In this document: positions 18,350 through 26,887 of the stretch, one piece after another
How the letters are laid out: the number at the start of each line of letters is the position of its first letter
Position numbering within the stretch: the first letter of the stretch is position 1
Assembly (NCBI GenBank): GCA_044508835.1
Contig: JBIQHD010000013.1
Span: forward strand, 22,731 to 86,730
Reading direction: 5' to 3'
DNA from: Rubrivivax sp.
Lineage (GTDB): Bacteria; Pseudomonadota; Gammaproteobacteria; Burkholderiales; Burkholderiaceae_C
DNA length: 64,000 nucleotides
Program-made: the position numbers and the translations under genes
Notes under the pieces: model-generated
What the model was told of the DNA's origin: nothing
Seen by the model: only the letters and a program-made list of their open reading frames with translations
Databases searched by the model: none

Positions 18350-20611
18350 ATGCCTCACGCGACGGCCATCGACCCCCCGCACAGCACGGCGCAGGCGCAC
18401 GCCGACATCCGCATCCTGCGCGTTGCGCAGCTGCGCGGCCCCAACCTCTGGACCTTCCGCCCGGCGCTGGAGGTGTGGCTGGACCTGGGCACGCTGGAGC
18501 AGCACCCGTCCAACCGCCTGCCCGGCTTCAACGCGCGGCTCACGGCGATGCTGCCGGGGCTGGTCGAGCACCACTGCGGCGTGGGCGAGCGCGGCGGCTT
18601 CATCCAGCGCCTGGACGAAGGCACCTGGGCCGGCCACGTGCTGGAACACGTGGTGATCGAGCTGCTCAACCTCGCCGGCCTGCCCACCGGCTTCGGCCAG
18701 ACGCGCGAGACGTCCAGGCGCGGCGTCTACCGCATGGTCATCCGCTCGCGCGACGAATCCGTCACCCGCGCCGCGCTGGAATGCGGCCACCGGCTGCTGA
18801 TGTCGGCCATCAACGACAGGCCGCACGACGTGGCCGCCTCGGTGGCGTGCATCCGCGAGGTGCTCGACCGCTGCTGGCTCGGCCCCAGCACGCAGGCCAT
18901 CGTGGCCGCGGCCACCGAGCGCGGCATCCCGCACCTGCGGCTGAACGACGGCAACCTCGTGCAGCTCGGCCAGGGCGTGCACCAGCGCCGCATCTGGACG
19001 GCCGAGACCGACCTCACCAGCGCCATCGCCGAAAGCATCTCGCGCGACAAGGGCCTGACCAAGCAGCTGCTCTCGGCCTGCGGCGTGCCCGTGCCCGAGG
19101 GCCGGCGCGTGGACGGCGCCGACGAGGCCTGGGAGGCCGCGCAGTCCATCGGCCTGCCGGTGGTGGTCAAGCCGCGCGACGGCAACCACGCCCGCGGCGT
19201 GACGCTGGAGCTGCGCACCCGCGAGGACATCGCCGCCGCCTACGCGCTGGCCGACGCGCACGGCAGCGCCGTCATGGTCGAGCGCTACGTGCGCGGCGAC
19301 GAGCACCGGCTGCTCGTCGTCGGCGGCAAGGTGGCGGCCGCCACGCGCGGCGAATCGGTGTGGATCACCGGAGATGGCTTCTCCACCGTGGCCGAGCTCA
19401 TCGCCCTGCAGGTCAACAGCGACCCGCGGCGCGGCGACGCCGAGGGCTGCCCGCTGAGCCCGGTGCGGCTGGACGACCCGGAGATCCCCGTCGCGCTGGA
19501 GCTGAAGCGCCAGGGTCTGGACGGCGCCGCCGTGCCCGCCGCCGGCCGGCGCGTGCTGGTGCTGCGCACCGGCAACCTGGCCATCGACTGCACCGACGAG
19601 GTCCACCCCGAGGTGGCGCATGCGGCGGCGCTGGCCGCGCGCGTGGTCGGGCTCGACATCGCCGGCGTCGACGTGGTGTGCGAGCACATCAGCCGCCCGC
19701 TGGAAGCGCAGGGCGGCGCCATCGTCGAGGTCAACGCCGGCCCCGGCCTGCTGATGCACCTGAAGCCGGCCGTCGGCCAGCCGCGGCCCGTGGGCCAGGC
19801 CATCGTCGACCAGCTCTTCCCCGCCGGCGACAGCGGCCGCATCCCGGTGGTGGGCGTGGCCGGCTCGCGCGACACCGCCACCGTGGCGCGGCTGGTGGCC
19901 TGGCTGCTGCACCTGGCCGGGCGCAAGGTCGGCCTGGCCTGCGGCGAGGGCCTGTTCGTCGGCGCGCGCCGCGTCGACCGCCGCCCGAGCGCCGAGTTCG
20001 AGGCCGCGCAGCGCCTGCTCATCAACCGCGAGGTGCAGGCGGCGGTGGTCGAGACCGGCGCGCGCGCCATCCTGCGCGACGGCCTGCCCTACGACCGCTG
20101 CGCCGTCGGCGTGGTGACCGACCTCGGCGGCGCCGAGCAGCTGGCCGACTTCGACGTGCAGGACGCCCGCGGCGTGGCGCGCGCGCTGCGCACCCAGGTC
20201 GACGTGGTGCTGCCCGACGGCGTGGCCGTGCTCGACGCGGCCGACGAGCGCATCGCCGCCATGGCCGAGCTGTGCGACGGCGAGGTCATCCTCTACGGGC
20301 TGGACCCGGCCCTGCCGGCGCTGGCCGCGCACCGCGCCGCCGGCGGGCGCGCCGCCTTCGTGCGCGAGGGCCGGCTGGTGCTTGCCTCCGGCAGCCACGA
20401 GAACGAGATCGGCCCGCTGCTCGCGCCGGGCCCGACGCAGGCGTCCATGCAGGCGCCCACGCAGACGCCGGCGCCGGTCGCCGTGCTGGCCGGCGCCTGC
20501 GCCGCCTGGGCGCTGGGCCTGCCGCCGCAGCTCATCGCCACCGGCCTGCACACCTTCGCACCGCTGGCGGCCGATGCCGCCGCCGCCCTCCCGACCCCGC
20601 TGAAGAACTGA
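18350..20611 (+). CDS. Cyanophycin synthetase paralogue with a degenerate, truncated Mur-ligase-like (M) domain (CphA'/CphA2-like)
   Basis: The N-terminal domain is LRGPNLW...HHCG. The ATP-grasp domain is LPVVVKPRDGNHARGV, DEHRLLVVGGKVAAA and IVEVNAGPGL. The P-loop position reads GSRDTAT (19862-19882) instead of GTNGKTT. The C-terminal Mur subdomain, including the DYGHNP-type motif, is absent. The protein is 753 aa, against 867 aa for the neighbouring paralogue. Confidence 0.85.
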   Translation: MPHATAIDPPHSTAQAHADIRILRVAQLRGPNLWTFRPALEVWLDLGTLEQHPSNRLPGFNARLTAMLPGLVEHHCGVGERGGFIQRLDEGTWAGHVLEHVVIELLNLAGLPTGFGQTRETSRRGVYRMVIRSRDESVTRAALECGHRLLMSAINDRPHDVAASVACIREVLDRCWLGPSTQAIVAAATERGIPHLRLNDGNLVQLGQGVHQRRIWTAETDLTSAIAESISRDKGLTKQLLSACGVPVPEGRRVDGADEAWEAAQSIGLPVVVKPRDGNHARGVTLELRTREDIAAAYALADAHGSAVMVERYVRGDEHRLLVVGGKVAAATRGESVWITGDGFSTVAELIALQVNSDPRRGDAEGCPLSPVRLDDPEIPVALELKRQGLDGAAVPAAGRRVLVLRTGNLAIDCTDEVHPEVAHAAALAARVVGLDIAGVDVVCEHISRPLEAQGGAIVEVNAGPGLLMHLKPAVGQPRPVGQAIVDQLFPAGDSGRIPVVGVAGSRDTATVARLVAWLLHLAGRKVGLACGEGLFVGARRVDRRPSAEFEAAQRLLINREVQAAVVETGARAILRDGLPYDRCAVGVVTDLGGAEQLADFDVQDARGVARALRTQVDVVLPDGVAVLDAADERIAAMAELCDGEVILYGLDPALPALAAHRAAGGRAAFVREGRLVLASGSHENEIGPLLAPGPTQASMQAPTQTPAPVAVLAGACAAWALGLPPQLIATGLHTFAPLAADAAAALPTPLKN

Positions 20612-20645
20612 GCGCCCGACCGTGCGCGCCGAAGAGAACCCCACC

Positions 20646-23249
20646 ATGAACGTCCAACGCATCCGCGCGCTGCGCGGCCCCAACCTCTGGAGCCGCCACA
20701 CGGCCGTCGAGGCCATCGTGCAGTGCGAGGCCGCGGAGCATCCGCCGCAGGCCATGCCGGCGCTCGTCGACCGGCTGCGCCTGCTGTTCCCGGCGCTCGG
20801 GCCGCTGCGCGTGCGCGGCCCGCGCCTGGGCATGCCGCACCTGCTGGAAGCCGCGGCGCTGGCGCTGCAGGCGCAGGCCGGCTGCCCGGTGAGCTTCAGC
20901 CGCACCGCGGCCACGGCCGAGCCCGATGTGTGGCAGGTGGTGGTGCAGTACAGCGAAGAGGCCGTGGGCCGCCTCGCCTTCGAGCTGGCCGGGCAGCTGA
21001 TCGCCGCCGTCGCCGCCGGGGCGGCCTTCGACGTGGCCGCCGCCGTCGAGCGCCTCCGCGAGCTCGACGAGGACGAGCGCCTCGGCCCGAGCACCGGCTG
21101 CATCGTGCACGCCGCCGCCGCGCGCGGCATCCCGGCGCAGCGCCTGACCAGCGGCAGCCTGGTGCGCCTGGGCTGGGGCGCGCGCCAGCGCAGGATCTGG
21201 GCCGCCGAGGTCGACTCGACCAGCGCCGTGGCCGAATCCATCGCCCAGGACAAGGACCTGAGCAAGCGCCTGCTCGAAGCCGCCGGCGTGCCCGTGCCCG
21301 GCGGCCGTCCGGTGAGCGACGTGGCCGACGGCTGGGCCGCGGCGCAGCGCATCGGCCTGCCGGTGGTGGTCAAGCCGCGCGACGGCAACCAGGGCAAGGG
21401 CGTGACGGTGAACATCACCGGCGAGGCCGCCTTCGCCGCCGCCTTCCGCGCCGCCGCCGAACACGGCGAGGTGATGGTCGAGAAGTACCTGCCGGGCGAC
21501 GACTTCCGCCTGCTCGTCGTCGGCGACAAGCTGGTGGCCGCCGCGCGGCGCGACCCGCCCTGCGTCACCGGCGACGGCCGCCACACGGTGCGCGAGCTGG
21601 TCGAGCAGGTGAACGCCGACCCGCGCCGCGGCAGCGGCCACGCCACGGCGCTCACGAAGATCCGCTTCGACGACATCGCCGTGGCGCGCCTCGCGCTGCA
21701 GGACCTGCGGCCCGAGTCGGTGCCCGAGCAGGGCCGCCGCGTGGTGCTGCGCAACAACGCCAACCTGAGCACCGGCGGCACCGCCACCGACGTGACGGAC
21801 GACGTGCACCCCGAGGTGGCGGCGCGCGCCGTGGCGGCGGCGCAGATGATCGGCCTGGACATCTGCGGCGTCGACCTGGTGTGCGAGACCGTGAGCCGCC
21901 CGCTGGAAGACCAGCACGGCGGCATCGTCGAGGTCAACGCCGCGCCGGGGCTGCGCATGCACCTCACGCCCTCCTACGGCCGCGGCCGCGCCGTGGGCGA
22001 GGCCATCGTCGACCACCTGTTCGGCCGCGCCGACGACGGCCGCGTGCCGGTGGTGGCCGTCACCGGCACCAACGGCAAGACGACCACGGTGCGGCTCGCG
22101 GCGCACCTGTTCGCCACCGCCGGCCTGTGCGTGGGCATGACCAACACCGATGGCGTGTACGTCGGCGGGCGGCAGATCGACAGCGGCGACTGCAGCGGCC
22201 CGAAGAGCGCGCGCAACGTGCTCGCCCACCCGGACGTGGAAGCGGCGGTGCTGGAGACGGCGCGCGGCGGCCTGCTGCGCGAGGGCCTGGGCTTCGACCA
22301 GTGCCGGGTGGCCGTGGTCACCAACGTCGGCCAGGGCGACCACCTCGGCCTGAACCACATCCACACCGTGGAGGACGTGGCCGCGCTCAAGCAGGTGATC
22401 GTGCAGAACGTGGCGAGCGACGGCTGGGCCGTGCTCAACGCCGCCGACCCGCACGTGGCCGCGATGGCCGGCAACTGCCCGGGCCGCGTGATCTTCTTCG
22501 CCGCCGATCCGCGCCTGCCGCTGATGGCCGCGCAGCTCGCGCGCGGCCAGCGCTGCGTGCACGTCGAGGGCGACGCCATCGTGGCCGTGGAAGGCGCGAT
22601 GCGCGAGCGGCTGCCGCTGGCCGACATCCCGCTCACGCGGCGCGGCAGCATCGGCTTCCAGGTGCAGAACGCCATGGCGGCGATTGCCGCGGCCTGGGGC
22701 TGCGGCCTCGACTGGGACGCGATCCGCCGCGGCCTGGCCACCTTCGTGAACGACGCCGACAACGCGCCCGGCCGCTTCAACGTCATGGACTACCGCGGCG
22801 CGACCGTGATCGCCGACTACGGCCACAACCCCGACGCGATGCGCGCGCTGGTCGGCGCGATCGACGCCATGCGCCTGCCGCCGCGGGCGCGGCGCTCGGT
22901 GGTCATCAGCGGCGCCGGCGACCGGCGTGACGAGGACATCCGTGCGCAGACCGCCATCCTCGGCGAGGCCTTCGACGAGGCGGTGCTGTTCGAGGACGCC
23001 TGCCAGCGCGGCCGCGCCGACGGCGAGGTCCTGCGGCTGCTGCGCGAGGGCCTGCACGGCGCGCTGCGCACGCGGCGCGTGGACGAAGTGCGCGGCGAGT
23101 TCGCGGCCATCGACCTGGCCCTGTCGCGGCTGGCGCCGGGCGACGTGTGCCTGGTGCTGGTCGACCAGGTGGAGGAGGCGCTGGCGCACCTGGCCCGGCG
23201 CATCGCCGAGCCGGTGCCCGAGCCCCGGGCCGAGGCGCTCGCGGCCTGA
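20646..23249 (+). CDS. cphA: Cyanophycin synthetase CphA (complete N, ATP-grasp and Mur-ligase-like domains)
   Basis: MNVQRIRALRGPNLWS is a typical start. The ATP-grasp domain is LPVVVKPRDGNQGKGV and DDFRLLVVGDKLVAAARR. The P-loop TGTNGKTTT is intact (22065-22085), and ADYGHNPDA and SGAGDRRDED are present in the M domain. Confidence 0.93.
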   Translation: MNVQRIRALRGPNLWSRHTAVEAIVQCEAAEHPPQAMPALVDRLRLLFPALGPLRVRGPRLGMPHLLEAAALALQAQAGCPVSFSRTAATAEPDVWQVVVQYSEEAVGRLAFELAGQLIAAVAAGAAFDVAAAVERLRELDEDERLGPSTGCIVHAAAARGIPAQRLTSGSLVRLGWGARQRRIWAAEVDSTSAVAESIAQDKDLSKRLLEAAGVPVPGGRPVSDVADGWAAAQRIGLPVVVKPRDGNQGKGVTVNITGEAAFAAAFRAAAEHGEVMVEKYLPGDDFRLLVVGDKLVAAARRDPPCVTGDGRHTVRELVEQVNADPRRGSGHATALTKIRFDDIAVARLALQDLRPESVPEQGRRVVLRNNANLSTGGTATDVTDDVHPEVAARAVAAAQMIGLDICGVDLVCETVSRPLEDQHGGIVEVNAAPGLRMHLTPSYGRGRAVGEAIVDHLFGRADDGRVPVVAVTGTNGKTTTVRLAAHLFATAGLCVGMTNTDGVYVGGRQIDSGDCSGPKSARNVLAHPDVEAAVLETARGGLLREGLGFDQCRVAVVTNVGQGDHLGLNHIHTVEDVAALKQVIVQNVASDGWAVLNAADPHVAAMAGNCPGRVIFFAADPRLPLMAAQLARGQRCVHVEGDAIVAVEGAMRERLPLADIPLTRRGSIGFQVQNAMAAIAAAWGCGLDWDAIRRGLATFVNDADNAPGRFNVMDYRGATVIADYGHNPDAMRALVGAIDAMRLPPRARRSVVISGAGDRRDEDIRAQTAILGEAFDEAVLFEDACQRGRADGEVLRLLREGLHGALRTRRVDEVRGEFAAIDLALSRLAPGDVCLVLVDQVEEALAHLARRIAEPVPEPRAEALAA

Positions 23250-23412
23250 CGGGGGCCGCCCGGCCGGCCACGCCGCCGGTACCGGCCGGGACGCTGTGTC
23301 ACCCCGGGTGCTGTCAGGTTTCTCGACGCTTGCCGCCCGCCGCCGCCCCGGCAGGACGGGCGTGCACCTGTAACTCGTTGTTTTTCAAGGGAGGTTTCTG
23401 ACGGTTACCAAT

Positions 23413-23428
23413 TGGCATGAGGCGTGCT
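23413..23428 (+). promoter_or_regulatory. Candidate sigma-54 (-24/-12) promoter for the PEP-CTERM protein gene
   Basis: TGGCATGAGGCGTGCT, against the consensus TGGCACG-N4-TTGCW. The GG and GC dinucleotides have the exact spacing. It lies 55 nt upstream of the ATG at 23483, in a locally AT-richer patch. It is followed by the inverted repeat ATCGATG-N12-CATCGAT (23429-23454). Confidence 0.55.
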
Positions 23429-23482
23429 ATCGATGTGAACGCTCTCTCATCGATCCACAAAATTCGCCAAATAGGAACCATC

Positions 23483-24292
23483 ATGAACATCCGATCGTCC
23501 CTCCAGGCCGTGGCCGCCGCAGCGGCGGCCGTCCTGATCGCCGCCCCGGCCCAGGCCGCGCCGATCACCGACTGGAACTACACCCTGACTGGCGTCTGGA
23601 GCTCCCGCACGCCGACGTCCGGCGTCAGCCTGAGCGGCAACCAGAAGACCCTGTCCTGGGGCGCGGACGGGTCGTTCTCCTCGCTGGTGATCGGCGCCGA
23701 CCAGAACGGCAGCGTCCAGACGCAGATCACCGGCGACTCGCCGCAGGCCGGCACCACGGCGGCGGGCCTCACGCTCACGCACAACAACAACGTGCTGCCC
23801 AGCACCGCGCCCACGCTCGCCGGCGCCACCCTCACGGCGACGCTGATCCTGGACCCGACGAGCCCGGACTACGCGCCGTTCCCCCCGGCCAGCCTCAGCT
23901 ACAACATCCTGTTCGAGGAAACCACCAACTCGACGCCGTGCGCCGCCACCAGCCCGAGCGGGAACCCCTGCAACGACATCTTCGTGCAGACCTCCGGCTT
24001 CCTGAACCAGGTGCTCACCTTCGGCGACCAGACCTACTACATCAACATCTTCCCGATCAACGGCGGCCTGCTGAACACGCTGAGCAATTCCGCCTGCCAG
24101 GCGGCCGGGGCGCCCAACGGCTGCATCGGCTTCACCACGATCGAGAACCAGTCCAACACGCTGAGCTTCGGCTTCACGATCTCCACCGAGCGCTTCGTCA
24201 ACAACGTGCCGGAGCCCGGCACCCTGGCGCTGCTCGGCGCGGCCCTGCTGGGCGCGGGCGCGGCTGGCCGCCGCCGCAAGACGCGGCAGTGA
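23483..24292 (+). CDS. PEP-CTERM sorting-domain secreted protein (THxN-type)
   Basis: The signal peptide is MNIRSSLQAVAAAAAAVLIAAPAQA. The C-terminus VPEPGTLALLGAALLGAGAAGRRRKTRQ is a PEP motif, a TM helix and a basic tail. An internal LTLTHNNN matches the THxN signature I recall for one PEP-CTERM subfamily. Confidence 0.85.
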   Translation: MNIRSSLQAVAAAAAAVLIAAPAQAAPITDWNYTLTGVWSSRTPTSGVSLSGNQKTLSWGADGSFSSLVIGADQNGSVQTQITGDSPQAGTTAAGLTLTHNNNVLPSTAPTLAGATLTATLILDPTSPDYAPFPPASLSYNILFEETTNSTPCAATSPSGNPCNDIFVQTSGFLNQVLTFGDQTYYINIFPINGGLLNTLSNSACQAAGAPNGCIGFTTIENQSNTLSFGFTISTERFVNNVPEPGTLALLGAALLGAGAAGRRRKTRQ

Positions 24293-24408
24293 GCCCCGGC
24301 GGCCCACGGGCCGCCGCACACACCCTCGGGGGCGGCAGCGCGCGGCGGTGCCGCCCCTTCTTCGTCTGCGGGGGGCGCCGGCGCACCGGCTGCCAGAATC
24401 CGGTCCCG

Positions 24409-25644
24409 ATGGCTTCCCGACAAGACACCGCCGCCCTCCACGCCCCCGAGATCCGCCGTGCCGGCCGCGACCTGCTGTCGCTCGCGCTGATGGACGCGCG
24501 CAACCGCACGCTGCACTGGCTGTCCGTGTACGAAGACCGCCTCGGCCCCGCGCTGCGCGTGCCCTGCGCGCCGGAACTGTGGCCGCCGCTGTGGCTGGCC
24601 GGGCACCTGGCCTGGTTCCAGGAGCGCTGGATCGCGCGCAACGTGCAGCGCCAGCGCGGCGCCGGCTGCGACCCGCAGGCCGCGGGGCTGGCCTCGATCG
24701 AGCGCCGGGCCGACCGCTGGTACGACCCGGCGCAGCTCACGCACGAGGCGCGCTGGCAGCTCGGGCTGCCCGGCGCGCAGGAGACCAAGCAGTACCTCGC
24801 CGACACGATGGACGTCACGCTCGAGCTGCTCGAAGGCGCGCAGGAGAGCGACGACGGCCTCTACTTCTTCCGCCTCGCGCTGTTCCACGAAGACCTGCGC
24901 GGCGAGACCTTCGCGCACATGGCGCAGACGCTCGACCTCGACCTGCGCGCCGCCGGCGCCGCGCTGCCCGAGATCGCCTCGCAGCCGCCGCGCGAGCCGC
25001 TGCTGTTCCCGGCCATGCGCCACATGCTCGGCTCGCCGCCGCGCGGCTTCGTCTTCGACAACGAGAAGTGGGCGCACGAGGTGGCGCTGCCCGAGTTCGA
25101 GATCGACGCGCTGCCCGTCACCTGGGCGCAGTACGCCGAGTTCGTGGAGGACGGCGGCTACGACGAGGCGCGGCACTGGTCGGCCGAGGGCTGGGACTGG
25201 GTGCGCCGCGGCGAGCGCCGCGTGCCGCGCCACGTCGACCAGATGCGCCAGGGCGTGATGCAGCAGCGCTTCGGCCGGCTCGCGCGCGTGCCGCTCGCGC
25301 AGCCGGCGCTGCACCTGAGCTGGTACGAGGCCGACGCCTGGTGCCGCTGGGCCGGCCGGCGCCTGCCCACCGAGGTGGAGTGGGAGGCCGCGGCCTGCAC
25401 GGGCCAGGCGCGCGGCTTCCAGCACGGCAGCGTGTGGGAGTGGGTGGCATCCAGCCTGCGGCCCTATCCCGGCTTCTCGCCCGACCCGTGGCGCGCGTAC
25501 TCCGAGCCCGCCTTCGGCTCGCACAAGGTGCTGCGCGGCGGCTCCTTCGCCACCCACGGGCGGCTGCGCGACCCGAAGTTCCGCGGCTTCGCGCAACCCG
25601 CGCGCGACGACCTCTTCACCGGCTTCCGCAGCTGTTCCCTCTGA
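24409..25644 (+). CDS. SUMF1/EgtB/PvdO-family non-haem iron enzyme (DinB-like N-domain plus FGE-sulfatase C-domain)
   Basis: The N-terminal helical bundle has conserved His residues (AGHLAWFQERW, FHEDLRGETFAHM). The C-terminal domain reads VTWAQYAEFVEDGGY...LSWYEADAWCRWAGRRLPTEVEWE...VWEWV...VLRGGSF. Confidence 0.75.
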   Translation: MASRQDTAALHAPEIRRAGRDLLSLALMDARNRTLHWLSVYEDRLGPALRVPCAPELWPPLWLAGHLAWFQERWIARNVQRQRGAGCDPQAAGLASIERRADRWYDPAQLTHEARWQLGLPGAQETKQYLADTMDVTLELLEGAQESDDGLYFFRLALFHEDLRGETFAHMAQTLDLDLRAAGAALPEIASQPPREPLLFPAMRHMLGSPPRGFVFDNEKWAHEVALPEFEIDALPVTWAQYAEFVEDGGYDEARHWSAEGWDWVRRGERRVPRHVDQMRQGVMQQRFGRLARVPLAQPALHLSWYEADAWCRWAGRRLPTEVEWEAAACTGQARGFQHGSVWEWVASSLRPYPGFSPDPWRAYSEPAFGSHKVLRGGSFATHGRLRDPKFRGFAQPARDDLFTGFRSCSL

Positions 25645-25730
25645 CCACCGTGCGTGCTTCGGCCGCGGCCGATGACAGCGCCAGACGATCGCGCTAGGCT
25701 TTGCCGTTCGTCCCAGCCGGAGACCATGCC

Positions 25731-26732
25731 ATGGACAGCCTCGACCTGAAGGTGCTCTCGCAGGCGCGCGACTGGTTCGCCGCGGGCCGCAAGGTGTGGC
25801 TGGTCACGGTGATCGAGACCTGGGGCTCGGCGCCGCGCCCGCCCGGCGCGCTGCTGTGCCTGCGCGACGACGGCCTGGTGGTCGGCTCGGTCTCGGGCGG
25901 CTGCGTGGAGGACGACCTCATCGACCGCGTGCGCCACGGCGAGCGCGTGGGCGGCGCCTCGCTCGTCACCTACGGCGTGACCAAGGAAGAGGCCGCGCGC
26001 TTCGGCCTGCCGTGCGGCGGCAACCTGCGGCTGGTGCAGGAGCCGCTGCGCGACATCGGCTGGGTCGACGAGGTGCTCGCGCGCACCGCGCGGCACGAAC
26101 TGGTGGCGCGCCGGCTCGACCTGCAGACGCAGGAAGTGACGGTCGAGCCCGCCGTGCGCGGCGAGGCCTTCAGCTTCGACGGCCGCACCGTGCGCGCGCT
26201 GTTCGGCCCCAAGTGGCGCATGCTCATCATCGGCGCCGGCCAGCTCTCGCGCGTGCTGGCGCAGATGGCGCTGACGCTCGACTTCGAGGTCACCTGCTGC
26301 GACCCGCGCGAGGAATACCACCTCACCTGGGACGTGCCCGGCACGCATTTCAGCACCGCCATGCCCGACGACCTGGCGCTGGAGATGCAGCTCGATCCGC
26401 ACTGCGCGGTGGTCGCCGTCACCCACGACCCCAAGCTCGACGACCTGGTGCTGCTGGAGGCGCTGAAGTCGCCCGCGTTCTACGTGGGCGCGCTCGGCTC
26501 GCGCGGCAACACGGCGAAGCGGCAGGAGCGGCTGGCGCTGTTCGACCTCACCGCCGCCGAGATCGGCCGGCTGCACGGCCCGATCGGCCTCGACCTCGGC
26601 AGCCGCACGCCGGCGGAGATCGCCGTGGCCATCCTGGCCGAGGTGATCGCCGTGCGCAACGGCGTGCCGCTGATGCAGAAGAAGGACGGCTCGGCGATGC
26701 CGCAGGTTGCGGCGGTGTGCGGGCAGGGGTGA
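25731..26732 (+). CDS. XdhC/CoxI-family accessory protein
   Basis: The N-domain reads WLVTVIETWGSAPRPPGALL....DG...GSVSGGCVE. A Rossmann-like region follows (MLIIGAGQLSRVLAQMA...V.HDPKLDD..L...L.S.AFY.GALGS). Confidence 0.8.
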   Translation: MDSLDLKVLSQARDWFAAGRKVWLVTVIETWGSAPRPPGALLCLRDDGLVVGSVSGGCVEDDLIDRVRHGERVGGASLVTYGVTKEEAARFGLPCGGNLRLVQEPLRDIGWVDEVLARTARHELVARRLDLQTQEVTVEPAVRGEAFSFDGRTVRALFGPKWRMLIIGAGQLSRVLAQMALTLDFEVTCCDPREEYHLTWDVPGTHFSTAMPDDLALEMQLDPHCAVVAVTHDPKLDDLVLLEALKSPAFYVGALGSRGNTAKRQERLALFDLTAAEIGRLHGPIGLDLGSRTPAEIAVAILAEVIAVRNGVPLMQKKDGSAMPQVAAVCGQG

Positions 26733-26763
26733 CGCGCGGCGCGCGGCGGCCTCGCACCGATTC

Positions 26764-26878
26764 GCGATCGAACGACAGGAACGCCACGAAAGCCCGTTCG
26801 CACTGAGGCATCGAAGTGCCTCCCGGCGCACATGGGGCTTCGATACCTCAGCCCGAACGGTTCCTGTCGTTCGATCGC
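26764..26878. repeat. REP-like compound hairpin between convergent genes; possible bidirectional terminator
   Basis: The outer stem GCGATCGAACGACAGGAACG (26764-26783) pairs with CGGTTCCTGTCGTTCGATCGC (26858-26878). The inner units CCGTTCGCACTGAGGCATCGAAGTG (26794-26818) and GCTTCGATACCTCAGCCCGAACGG (26837-26860) belong to the same unit family as in the 14.3-15.2 kb block. Confidence 0.8.
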
Positions 26879-26887
26879 AAGTGGGTA

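Noticed and set aside
16021-21967. Very long ORFs on other frames or the other strand: 16925-21967 minus (1680 aa), 16021-20649 plus (1542 aa). Similarly 40394-45424 plus (1676 aa), 8593-11505 plus (970 aa) and 25464-28058 minus (864 aa).
   Set aside because: Their translations are dominated by R/A/G/P/H runs with no recognisable motifs. They overlap genes with strong family signatures (ABC transporter, cphA', cphA, SulP, metG, apbC, MCP) in other frames. Stop-codon-poor alternative frames are expected in DNA this GC-rich.
23417-23482. The upstream ATG at 23417 as the start of the PEP-CTERM protein.
   Set aside because: That ATG lies inside the putative -24/-12 promoter. It would add 22 residues ahead of a canonical signal peptide. 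The ATG at 23483 has an AGGA Shine-Dalgarno sequence and starts directly with the signal peptide.
15392-26732. The idea that the cyanophycin/PEP-CTERM/EgtB-like stretch is a horizontally acquired island or mobile element.
   Set aside because: I see no integrase, transposase, tRNA gene, flanking direct repeats or evident compositional shift. The adjacent repeat block is a REP/MITE-like structure without any transposition gene.
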